From a virus (taxonomy: Duplodnaviria > Caudoviricetes), in IMG/VR virus record IMGVR_UViG_3300037634_002238, positions 1-27,755 of that record: a DNA stretch of 27,755 nt; one strand, 5' to 3'. Shown here in pieces: positions 17,743 to 25,997 of the stretch. Position numbers and translations under genes: made by a program. The first letter of the stretch is position 1. The number at the start of each line of letters is the position of its first letter. Under the pieces are notes generated by a model. It did no database searches, was not told where the DNA came from, and saw only the letters and a list, made by a program, of their open reading frames with translations.

Positions 17743-18468
17743 ATGGCATCTGAATATTCTCAAACGTATAACTCTTTCTCTGGTGTTGACATGCTGGTTA
17801 CCTTCGGTGGTACTCTGGTAGGTGAGCTACAGGGCATTAGTTTTACAGTGACAAGAGAGAAGGCACCTCTCTATACCATGGGTTCGGCGGATCCCCGCTC
17901 GTTCTCAAGAGGTAAGAGAGGCATTGCTGGATCGCTTGTTTTCTTAGTTTTCGACAGATCGGCTCTTCTTGCTACTCTGGGTCAGAAAACAAAATATCTG
18001 GCGAATCAGTATGAGATTTATAAATACCAGAAGAATGAAGGCGAAGTCGTCTCAGCCCGGGGAAGTGGGGGCAGAACTCAAACGGAGTTCACTAAAGACT
18101 CGGTCACCGGGACCGTTGGCGCGAAGCGCGTGGGAAATGCGGGGCCAAACATGCAAGGAGGTAATGCGATTACTTCCCAAAAGGTTTTAGCATCCCCGAT
18201 GTACCATGATCAGATCCCACCTTTTGATATCGTGATATCAGCTGCTAATGAATATGGTCATTCAGCCAGTATGACGATTCAGAATGTTGAGATCATGAAC
18301 TCTGGTTCTGGTTTGTCTATCGACGACATTACCATAGACGAGAGCTGTACGTTTATTGCTACCGCCATGACACCATGGCAAGTGACTGAACGTGTAGATA
18401 TCAGGTTTGGAGAAGTGACTGTGCCAAGCCCACGCCCCGGATTCCCCGGAGCTACTGCTGGTGTTTAA
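17743..18468 (+). CDS. Major tail tube protein
   Basis: AAGGAG SD. Follows the sheath. Motifs SFSGVD, REKAPLYTMG, RGKRGIAGSLVF, DQIPPFDI, NEYG. A terminator follows. Confidence 0.82.
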   Translation: MASEYSQTYNSFSGVDMLVTFGGTLVGELQGISFTVTREKAPLYTMGSADPRSFSRGKRGIAGSLVFLVFDRSALLATLGQKTKYLANQYEIYKYQKNEGEVVSARGSGGRTQTEFTKDSVTGTVGAKRVGNAGPNMQGGNAITSQKVLASPMYHDQIPPFDIVISAANEYGHSASMTIQNVEIMNSGSGLSIDDITIDESCTFIATAMTPWQVTERVDIRFGEVTVPSPRPGFPGATAGV

Positions 18469-18483
18469 TAATTAAATGATTTA

Positions 18484-18513
18484 GGGGCCGGGGTAATACC
18501 CGGTCCCATTTTT
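18484..18513 (+). terminator. Intrinsic terminator after sheath-tube
   Basis: GGGGCCGGG-GTAATA-CCCGGTCCC forms a 9-bp stem followed by ATTTTT. Confidence 0.8.
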
Positions 18514-18516
18514 ACT

Positions 18517-19512
18517 ATGCAGAATAATCCATCCCATCCTCACGGCAAATATAAACTCCCTAGAAAAGGTCCAGTACCAGACCACATGAAGCAACTAGAT
18601 GACTGGATGGAGCTAAACTTCAACTCCTTTTCTGGTACTGACATCCAGTGCTTTTTCCTTGGCGACTTTATTCCCACAGTCAAGGCTGATATTGATGTCG
18701 CATTTAAGTCAGGTATATTAAATAGGGTTCAATATAGAGCGCTCCTAGGTGAGGTGGAGAAGGCTGGCAGAAGTCCGATATTACCATTTGGTGAGCTTCA
18801 GACACTTACCGTTTCATCAGCAGCATCTGTAGGCCCTGTAAGGCGCCTGGGTGAGCGTGAGCCTGTTGAATACCTTAGCGGAGCCAGAACCATAGCTGGT
18901 ACTCTAGTCTTCGCTCTGCTCAACAGAGACGTCTTCTCGGCAATGATGAAATTACCTCAGATAGGACTAAGAGACGATAAGTGGAGATCACCAGAGTTTA
19001 TAGACGAAATACCGCCATTTACCATACTGATACAGGGCTCAAATGAATATGGATCAGTTGCTTCAGGTATGCTGATTGATGTTAAGCTAACAAACTTTGG
19101 AACTACATTCTCAGTGGACGACATGTATACAGAAGCTACATACAATTATGTGGCCACAAAGTTTATACCATTTGTAGACGACGTAGATTCAACTATAAGA
19201 TCTCTTAGGCCTAAGGGAGCAACCGATAGTCTAAGCAAAAGCGTTGCTGCCAAACTACCTATGGCGACTTTTGGCCCACTTGCCAAACTAACTCCAAGCG
19301 AGCTAGCTGCCCTTGGGTCGAGCAAGGTTGATTTCATAAAAAAGTTTGATGATGGCACACAGGAGCGATTGGTACAAATATATATCTCTCTTGGTTTGAG
19401 GGAGGCAGGGTTCTTCTTGAGCCGACTGCGGCGCGGGGTCGGCAGCCGGGGGCTCTGGCCACATCCTGGTACCTACCATGGGTTCATAAACCAGCACGGG
19501 GAATATAATTGA
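18517..19512 (+). CDS. Tail tube paralog 2 (tube initiator / baseplate-proximal)
   Basis: Shares NSFSGTD, GELQ, RTIAGTLVF, DEIPPFTI, NEYG and SVDD with the 17743 gene. The start is uncertain because there is no SD. Confidence 0.78.
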   Translation: MQNNPSHPHGKYKLPRKGPVPDHMKQLDDWMELNFNSFSGTDIQCFFLGDFIPTVKADIDVAFKSGILNRVQYRALLGEVEKAGRSPILPFGELQTLTVSSAASVGPVRRLGEREPVEYLSGARTIAGTLVFALLNRDVFSAMMKLPQIGLRDDKWRSPEFIDEIPPFTILIQGSNEYGSVASGMLIDVKLTNFGTTFSVDDMYTEATYNYVATKFIPFVDDVDSTIRSLRPKGATDSLSKSVAAKLPMATFGPLAKLTPSELAALGSSKVDFIKKFDDGTQERLVQIYISLGLREAGFFLSRLRRGVGSRGLWPHPGTYHGFINQHGEYN

Positions 19513-19595
19513 TTTTGATTGGTCTGTTGATACACAGCAGCGCTTCAGGAGGCAGGAGTGTCTTGCCAGTTAGAACTTAAACGAAAAGGTACAGA

Positions 19596-20348
19596 ATGGC
19601 TGAAACAAATAGCATTTTTAACTATCCTAGTCCAGCAGACGTAAAAATATATATTGCTGGAGAGTGGATTGATGACGCGTATAGAGTAGACTATTCTGTG
19701 CAAGCGCCTAAACAGCCGCTATATGATTATACATCAAGCTTTTTCAAAGATGTAGCTCACGGGCAGTCTTTGGTGGTAGGAAATCTAGTTTTAAACTATA
19801 GGATGCCAAACTACTTAAAGTTTGCAATAGATCAAAAACTAGAAAGAGACCCAAGCATTATGCAGGCCTTAGAAGAAACAGGTGGACTTGTAGCATATCT
19901 AACGCAGGCTGGCTCAGCTAGCGATAAGGTGTCTAGACTTTTGGCCCTCAAAAAGGCAGGGTCGTTTAAAAATGCAAAGCAATATGCTAACCTTTTAGGA
20001 GGAGAAATAGGCGGAGCACCTGGAAGGTCGTCTCCGCTATCTATATCCCAGGTAAAGCAACCTGGCTTTGATATTGAGATTGCCTATGGAGGCGAAGCAG
20101 CCAAGAACTATAGAATAATTGCTGACTGTCACATAACTGGCGAAAGTCAGGTAATAAGTGCTTCAGCAGTAGCTGGTGGTGACCTGTCGTCATCTGGTAT
20201 GCCAATTTTTGAGACGTACTCGTTTATTGGAAGACAGCTATTGGTGAAGATCAACAGTGCCTATCAGGCATCTGTTACACAAGCTAAGAATTTTAGCGAG
20301 ATGAGAAAAGCACAAGGAATAGAAGAACCAGAAGGATGGACAAGATGA
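19596..20348 (+). CDS. Tube-fold protein paralog 3 (hub / tube initiator-like)
   Basis: DVKIYIAGEWID, KQPLYDY, GQSLVVGNLVLNY, FDIEIAYG and ETYSFIG follow the same strand pattern as the tube proteins. Confidence 0.62.
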   Translation: MAETNSIFNYPSPADVKIYIAGEWIDDAYRVDYSVQAPKQPLYDYTSSFFKDVAHGQSLVVGNLVLNYRMPNYLKFAIDQKLERDPSIMQALEETGGLVAYLTQAGSASDKVSRLLALKKAGSFKNAKQYANLLGGEIGGAPGRSSPLSISQVKQPGFDIEIAYGGEAAKNYRIIADCHITGESQVISASAVAGGDLSSSGMPIFETYSFIGRQLLVKINSAYQASVTQAKNFSEMRKAQGIEEPEGWTR

Positions 20349-20836
20349 CCGACCAAGTATTAGAAAAACAACCAGAAGCCACTGAGGCACCTGAGGATGA
20401 AGTTGACTTTAAGGCTCTTTACGAAGAGGGACAGAAGCAACAAGAGAAACTAAAGGATCTAGCAAACGGCCTGATGCCTACTGAGGCTTCCGAGGCGGTA
20501 AACGATGCAAAGCGCAATGGTGTTCAGCCATACTGCATACAGATAGGTGAAGATTTCTTTATCTATAGAACTATATCGCGTATGGAGTACAGAAAGCTTC
20601 TTACAGATCAAGCAGACGTTGCTAGCAGACTAATGGAAGATGCACCGAATGAAATGGCAGGTAGAGTTGCTATCCAGCTAAGAAACGAAGATGCACTTGT
20701 CCTGAAGTGCCTATTGTTTCCGGCAGTAAATGAGATGACAATCAAGCAATTGCCTGCTGGATATGTAGAGACTCTGAATCAGAATATCATGGCTACTAGC
20801 GGGTTCGGTCAAGAGCCTGTACCGATAAAGCTGTAA
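20345..20836 (+). CDS. Tail assembly chaperone
   Basis: ATGA overlap favours start 20345 (track start 20336). Motif FIYRTISRMEY...KCLLFP...PAGYVETL..IMATSGF. Lies between the tubes and the tape measure. Confidence 0.7.
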   Translation: MTDQVLEKQPEATEAPEDEVDFKALYEEGQKQQEKLKDLANGLMPTEASEAVNDAKRNGVQPYCIQIGEDFFIYRTISRMEYRKLLTDQADVASRLMEDAPNEMAGRVAIQLRNEDALVLKCLLFPAVNEMTIKQLPAGYVETLNQNIMATSGFGQEPVPIKL

Positions 20837-20842
20837 TGTCAT

Positions 20843-21610
20843 ATGGACCATCTATCATTACCTTATTCCCTTCGTGCGGAGATTCCAAAGCTTAGAAGGA
20901 AGTATAAGTATATATACCTGTTAGATCTCGGTCCATTAGAGAATAACGATAAAAACGCGCCTAGTTATGTGGTCATACGTCCGCTGACTAGGCGTGAATT
21001 TAATTTCTATCAGGCAGACTCTTTAATAGATCCTCTTGCTACACATGACGAAATTGTAGATAGATGCTGCCTATGGCCAGACGATCCTAACGAATCATTT
21101 AAGGACAGCTTAGCAGGCGTATACAACTTTATACATTTGGGCATAGAGACTATATCTGGATTTGCAAAGATTGAATCTCTAAATGATGCGGTCGGCATAT
21201 ATCGTCAGGAGGCAATGACACTAGAGTCTGCCATAACCATGTTTATATGTAAGGCGTTCCCTAAGTATGCCCCATCTGATGTGGATGAGATGTCGTTCGA
21301 AGATCAGATAAAATTAGTTTCATTGGCCGAGCAGATACTCGGCATACCTATAAACTATGAAGAGTTCTTTAACCCAAAGAAGGAATCTACTAAAAAGGAT
21401 AAATCTGAAAAGATTAGAGAATCATTCCAGGAAAAGCAGGCGAAGTTTGCTCCTCCGGTAGCTAAAGGCTATACGACCACTATGCCACCTGGAGTGACTC
21501 CTCAAGAAAACTCTAGGCCAACCTATGTTCCATCTGATGACTCAACAGTTGTCACGCCAAATAATATAAATTCCGAAATGGAAAAGCTTAATAGACACTT
21601 AAATGGCTAA
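20843..21610 (+). CDS. Second tail assembly chaperone paralog with C-terminal extension (G-T-like)
   Basis: VIRPLTRREF...RCCLWP...AGVY..I..ISGF parallels the preceding gene, followed by ICKAFPKYAPSDVDEM. Confidence 0.68.
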   Translation: MDHLSLPYSLRAEIPKLRRKYKYIYLLDLGPLENNDKNAPSYVVIRPLTRREFNFYQADSLIDPLATHDEIVDRCCLWPDDPNESFKDSLAGVYNFIHLGIETISGFAKIESLNDAVGIYRQEAMTLESAITMFICKAFPKYAPSDVDEMSFEDQIKLVSLAEQILGIPINYEEFFNPKKESTKKDKSEKIRESFQEKQAKFAPPVAKGYTTTMPPGVTPQENSRPTYVPSDDSTVVTPNNINSEMEKLNRHLNG

Positions 21611-24600
21611 TAATAGAGAAGACGATCCTATCCGGCGAATGGTTCAGAGCCGTGATCTCAACGCTAGAGATATACCGGATAGAGAAGATCAATCAATCCT
21701 AAGTCGAGGTATCGAAGATAAAGCCGATATCTCGATTTTTACTACCGTTGCGAAGGTAGCTGCAACGGGGTTTGCTGTCTATGCATTAGGAAAATCGACT
21801 CCTAAGAACGTTTGGGTAGAAGCTTTACACCGTGTCGGCAAGGTCGGTGGAGCCACCTTTGGCCGTATGAAGCGCAAGTTTGATCAAACCATAGAAGATC
21901 AGCTTGTGAAAAAGTTTGGTCATGGCTTTGGCTATGGTCGAAACGTAAACAGAAGTGTAGCCTTAGCCGACGTCATAGAGCACGAACTTGGCCCTATGGT
22001 GTACAACGATCTTCATGGATATGCTGCAACTCGTACAGCTAAAAATAGTGTCAACTCAGCGATAAGAAGAACGCTAGAAGAGAAGTTTGGTGGCGCTGGC
22101 TTAGCAGGAAGAGGGGACGCACTTACAGGAGTCACGGTCGCTGACATATTAGGCACGACCGCCAATCAGCGCACTCAGTTCAATGTAATATCTGAGACTG
22201 CATATAGCAACATAAAAGGTATGCGCAACAAGTTGGATCCTACCGGCAAATGGTTCGATAAGCTTGTTGTAGATAAGCATCTAAATTTTAAGGGAGGAAT
22301 GAAGTCTTTTGGATCGGACTCTCTTAGAGATACAAGGTGGATATCTCGTTCGAGCATAGGAGACGCACTTAACAATAGTCTTGGTTTTACGATACCGGGT
22401 GTGGGCTTTAGGCCTCTAGATCTATTTACTCCATTCGCACGACTTCTTGGGATGGCTGAAAGAAGAACCTTTGGAGTACTTGGGAACAATGCCCCCCTTA
22501 AGGCGGGGATGAAGTCACCTAAGCTTGGTCTAAATCTCTTCGTTGGCGGAGAGATACATAACGTATCTACCTTGGGTGGACATCAGTTAGTAGGATCAGG
22601 TTTTAATGCGCTCAACATTGACAGAATGGCTGTAGCCAACCTATCGAGGCTAGGCGAGCATCCGGCGCAACAACTATCTACTACGCCTACCTTCTGGGAT
22701 TCAGTGCAGAATCTGCTCGGGATAGGTACGAAGTATCGTACTCAGGCTTCTGGGTTTAGTCGTATAGTCCAAGCTTCTAGAAATGCACAACAACTAAGAC
22801 AAGGCAATATAGCTTGGGATCCATATGAAACGGTTAAGGCTTCCAGTCTAGGTTTCGGTGGGCGTTTAGAAAGGCAGATGGCTTCTGGAAGCAGATATCA
22901 TCTAGACGATGTCGCCAGCCCTATGGCAGACAGATCTTTCCAAGAGCTTAGTTGGTTAGAAAGGACCAAGGCTCTATTTGGATTCAGTAGACACGGTAGA
23001 TTCGAGCAGGGTGGCAGAACGTATACCGGAGCTGGTGCCCCGTTCAATACGAGTTCTGTTAGCTATGGAAGACACAAGTATGGAACGGTAGGCAGCAAGG
23101 GACCGAATACTCTACTAGAGCTGGCCAAGGAAGATGCCTCTGCTGGTATATATGCCATAGAAAGTGGATGGAAGACTAATCTTTCTCTAATCGGCCATCA
23201 CATGACTGGTCGTCTCAATGACCTGTTTGGAGTAACTCTCGGCGTAGGGTTCAGACCCGGTGCTGGGAACATGGGATTAATTACCAACGCCCTTAAGATT
23301 GCTGGTATCGGTAAGGCCGTAAGTTGGGGACTTGAAGGTCTTAAGTATACCGACTATCTTACGGGACATCTGGGCAGTGGGGCGTTGCTTGGAGGATACC
23401 AAGCTACCACATTAGGCATGGCCGGGATTAAAGATGTAACAGGCGTCACTTCTGGAGCAAAATACGCAGAGGATCTGTTACCTGGAATAACAACAAGTCC
23501 CATCACTGGTGCCGCCAGAATAGCTGGACCAATGTATGCTGCACAAAGGTTCATGGGACCAAAAGGCCTAGCGGCTGGATTTGTTGGTTCTATGCTTCTT
23601 GGTGGTCCTTCTGATTTATTCGGCATAGACAACTTTGGTGCTAAGCTAACTACCTCTGCATCTGATCTTGCTGCTATGTATTCTGGTGAGAAGGATGTAA
23701 GGATTAAATCTAGTCGCTGGTGGATGATGAATCGTCAAGGATTCCAAGGCGAAGGAACCGATAGGTACGAAAAGCACTGGGTAGCCAAAGCAAAAAGCAA
23801 CTGGCAATATACATCTACGCTGTACGGCAGTGAGTCAGAATACTGGAAGCACGCTTCGAGTCTTCCAACCCCTCATAACCTATTTGGGCTTGGCGATGAT
23901 GAGGATTATTATGCCAAGAAGCACTATCGCAGTAGACCGTATCCATTTACCTCTTCTGGGGAGCAGATGCATGTAGGAGAAGATCTCCCACCTGGTAGGT
24001 CTCGTCTACCAGGGGACCTTTCCGCATCAGAGCTACAGCTTCTTGGGTATAGCGGAGGGGCACGAAAAAGAGTAGATGCTCATAATCCTGGCGATCTAGA
24101 CATAGCTTTTAAAAGAGGTTTTAGTAATGTAAACGAGTTTGCTGGTATCTATAAGTTCTTAGGTGAGATGGCTTTCGGTCGTATGCAGACTGGGCCTATC
24201 TACGGTGATGCAGGCAACATAACCAGTCCTAATCGTCAATATTGGGACAAGGATATGGGCGGCCTGTTCGGGATGACCGAACTTTTACGTAGATTCATAG
24301 TAGTTCCAAACGAGCTTGGCGCTAGCCAGATAGTGAATGACATACCGAATCAGATGCCAGGCTTCCTCCCTGGTCGTAGATCTATGTCCGAGGGAGATAG
24401 AGACTATCACATAGATTTTACAACTGGTGATCCGTACTCTAAGATAAAAGGCGGCGAGTATCGTTTACCTGGTGCTGCTTATGAAGCCATGCACAGATTG
24501 CATAGTGGCACACCTGGCGTATATGACGCTATGGATATGTTCCTGATATTGTCCGATGTTGCGCCGCACAGTCAGTCGTATCAGCATTATAAAACAATAG

Positions 24601-25997
24601 TAGAGGGATGGGCTGCAGGCGGAGCGCTGGATAAGCATTGGCAAGAAAAATTTGCTGAAGGAACAAGGCGGAGAGATGAAATGTCTCTTGGGTATGCTGC
24701 CGACTTCGCTCAGCGTAAGTTTACTAACGAGGGAGAGACGAAACACAGGCAAGATCTATCAGCTATCAATGCAGCCATTAGAGGCGGGTCAGAGCCTGAG
24801 CCAGACGTACTAGAGAGAGCTAATAGGTACAACTCACTGGAACGTGTAGTGGGTGGCATATGGGAAAGAGCTACTCTAGATCATTTGCCAGATTCAGCAG
24901 AGTTGGTTCCATTCGGTCCTAGTCTTTTTCATAAGGCGTGGGGCATTAGGACAGCAGAGCGTGACTATTACGAGCGCCAAGTCCTTAATGCTAGCTTTTC
25001 AGATTGGCACAATCCCTATAAAGGTTTTATAGAGCCACGCATTAATAGAATGGCTAATTCTAATCCTGCCTCAGCAGGTGTTCAGGGTGCCCTCTTTGCC
25101 CTTACCGCAACCAACCCCTTAAGCATGGTAGGGAGAGGTATAGTAGGCGCAGGAGCAGGCCTTATGAGTTCTGGTGCTAGGGTGGCGTCTGGTACTCCTC
25201 AGGGCGGATACGTACCTGGATATAGACGTAAAGAAGAAGAGTACCTACAGTACATGGACATGCTTGAGTATCAGAGATACGGCAGAGCTGCACAGACGGC
25301 AGTAAGCATGGGCCAAACAGATATAGCTAATAAGTTCCGCAGATTACAGTCAACCAAGACAATGGTTGGCCTTGATTACAACGATCCGAATTTGGCTAAG
25401 ACAGCTCTTGGGGCTGTTCCTAGGAACGAAAAAAACTATATAAGAGCATTCTCGCAGATGAAGGGACCAGAAGGTCAGGCCACTGTGATGAATATGGTTC
25501 CTGGCTATATGAAAGACATATATAAATCTACTTGGGATCCTGGAACTGTTCATAGAGATCCTGAGCAGATTGCGAACAATTACTTCAGAAATAATGTGCA
25601 GCCATCATCTGATTGGGCTGGATGGGACCCCTCTGTCCCTAAGTGGCAGATCATGGCTAGAACAGTAGACACTCCTGGCAATGGAGTCGCTGCGGACCTT
25701 CACCGCCAACATATTTCTAATATGATGATGAGACAAGCTAAGGCTCAGGTGCCTAATGTTGGACTACAAAGCGTAGCTAGAAATTTTATGGGCTCATATG
25801 CAGCAGAGGCTCAAGCATGGTTAGCCACGGCAGCTACGTCCCATGACATGTACGATCAAGCAACTAGGGCCGGTATGCAGAATGTTAGGATTAGCCCCTC
25901 TATGGATACAGGGTATAATAATGCACAGATTAACTATAACTTTAAGAACAATAGCAATCTGAGACAGAATATGGCAATTGCGGAGGTTTATAGATAA
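21603..25997 (+). CDS. Tape-measure-like / ejected large virion protein (1464 aa)
   Basis: Directly after the chaperones and overlapping the previous stop. Gly/Ala-rich with several hydrophobic segments, plus a globular-looking block (SRWW..., NQMPGFLPG, GDPYSKIKGGEYRLPG, ILSDVAP). Confidence 0.65.
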   Translation: MANNREDDPIRRMVQSRDLNARDIPDREDQSILSRGIEDKADISIFTTVAKVAATGFAVYALGKSTPKNVWVEALHRVGKVGGATFGRMKRKFDQTIEDQLVKKFGHGFGYGRNVNRSVALADVIEHELGPMVYNDLHGYAATRTAKNSVNSAIRRTLEEKFGGAGLAGRGDALTGVTVADILGTTANQRTQFNVISETAYSNIKGMRNKLDPTGKWFDKLVVDKHLNFKGGMKSFGSDSLRDTRWISRSSIGDALNNSLGFTIPGVGFRPLDLFTPFARLLGMAERRTFGVLGNNAPLKAGMKSPKLGLNLFVGGEIHNVSTLGGHQLVGSGFNALNIDRMAVANLSRLGEHPAQQLSTTPTFWDSVQNLLGIGTKYRTQASGFSRIVQASRNAQQLRQGNIAWDPYETVKASSLGFGGRLERQMASGSRYHLDDVASPMADRSFQELSWLERTKALFGFSRHGRFEQGGRTYTGAGAPFNTSSVSYGRHKYGTVGSKGPNTLLELAKEDASAGIYAIESGWKTNLSLIGHHMTGRLNDLFGVTLGVGFRPGAGNMGLITNALKIAGIGKAVSWGLEGLKYTDYLTGHLGSGALLGGYQATTLGMAGIKDVTGVTSGAKYAEDLLPGITTSPITGAARIAGPMYAAQRFMGPKGLAAGFVGSMLLGGPSDLFGIDNFGAKLTTSASDLAAMYSGEKDVRIKSSRWWMMNRQGFQGEGTDRYEKHWVAKAKSNWQYTSTLYGSESEYWKHASSLPTPHNLFGLGDDEDYYAKKHYRSRPYPFTSSGEQMHVGEDLPPGRSRLPGDLSASELQLLGYSGGARKRVDAHNPGDLDIAFKRGFSNVNEFAGIYKFLGEMAFGRMQTGPIYGDAGNITSPNRQYWDKDMGGLFGMTELLRRFIVVPNELGASQIVNDIPNQMPGFLPGRRSMSEGDRDYHIDFTTGDPYSKIKGGEYRLPGAAYEAMHRLHSGTPGVYDAMDMFLILSDVAPHSQSYQHYKTIVEGWAAGGALDKHWQEKFAEGTRRRDEMSLGYAADFAQRKFTNEGETKHRQDLSAINAAIRGGSEPEPDVLERANRYNSLERVVGGIWERATLDHLPDSAELVPFGPSLFHKAWGIRTAERDYYERQVLNASFSDWHNPYKGFIEPRINRMANSNPASAGVQGALFALTATNPLSMVGRGIVGAGAGLMSSGARVASGTPQGGYVPGYRRKEEEYLQYMDMLEYQRYGRAAQTAVSMGQTDIANKFRRLQSTKTMVGLDYNDPNLAKTALGAVPRNEKNYIRAFSQMKGPEGQATVMNMVPGYMKDIYKSTWDPGTVHRDPEQIANNYFRNNVQPSSDWAGWDPSVPKWQIMARTVDTPGNGVAADLHRQHISNMMMRQAKAQVPNVGLQSVARNFMGSYAAEAQAWLATAATSHDMYDQATRAGMQNVRISPSMDTGYNNAQINYNFKNNSNLRQNMAIAEVYR

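Noticed and set aside
20790-20850. Programmed -1 frameshift between the tail chaperone genes
   Set aside because: There is no slippery heptamer before the TAA, and the second gene has its own chaperone-like domain.
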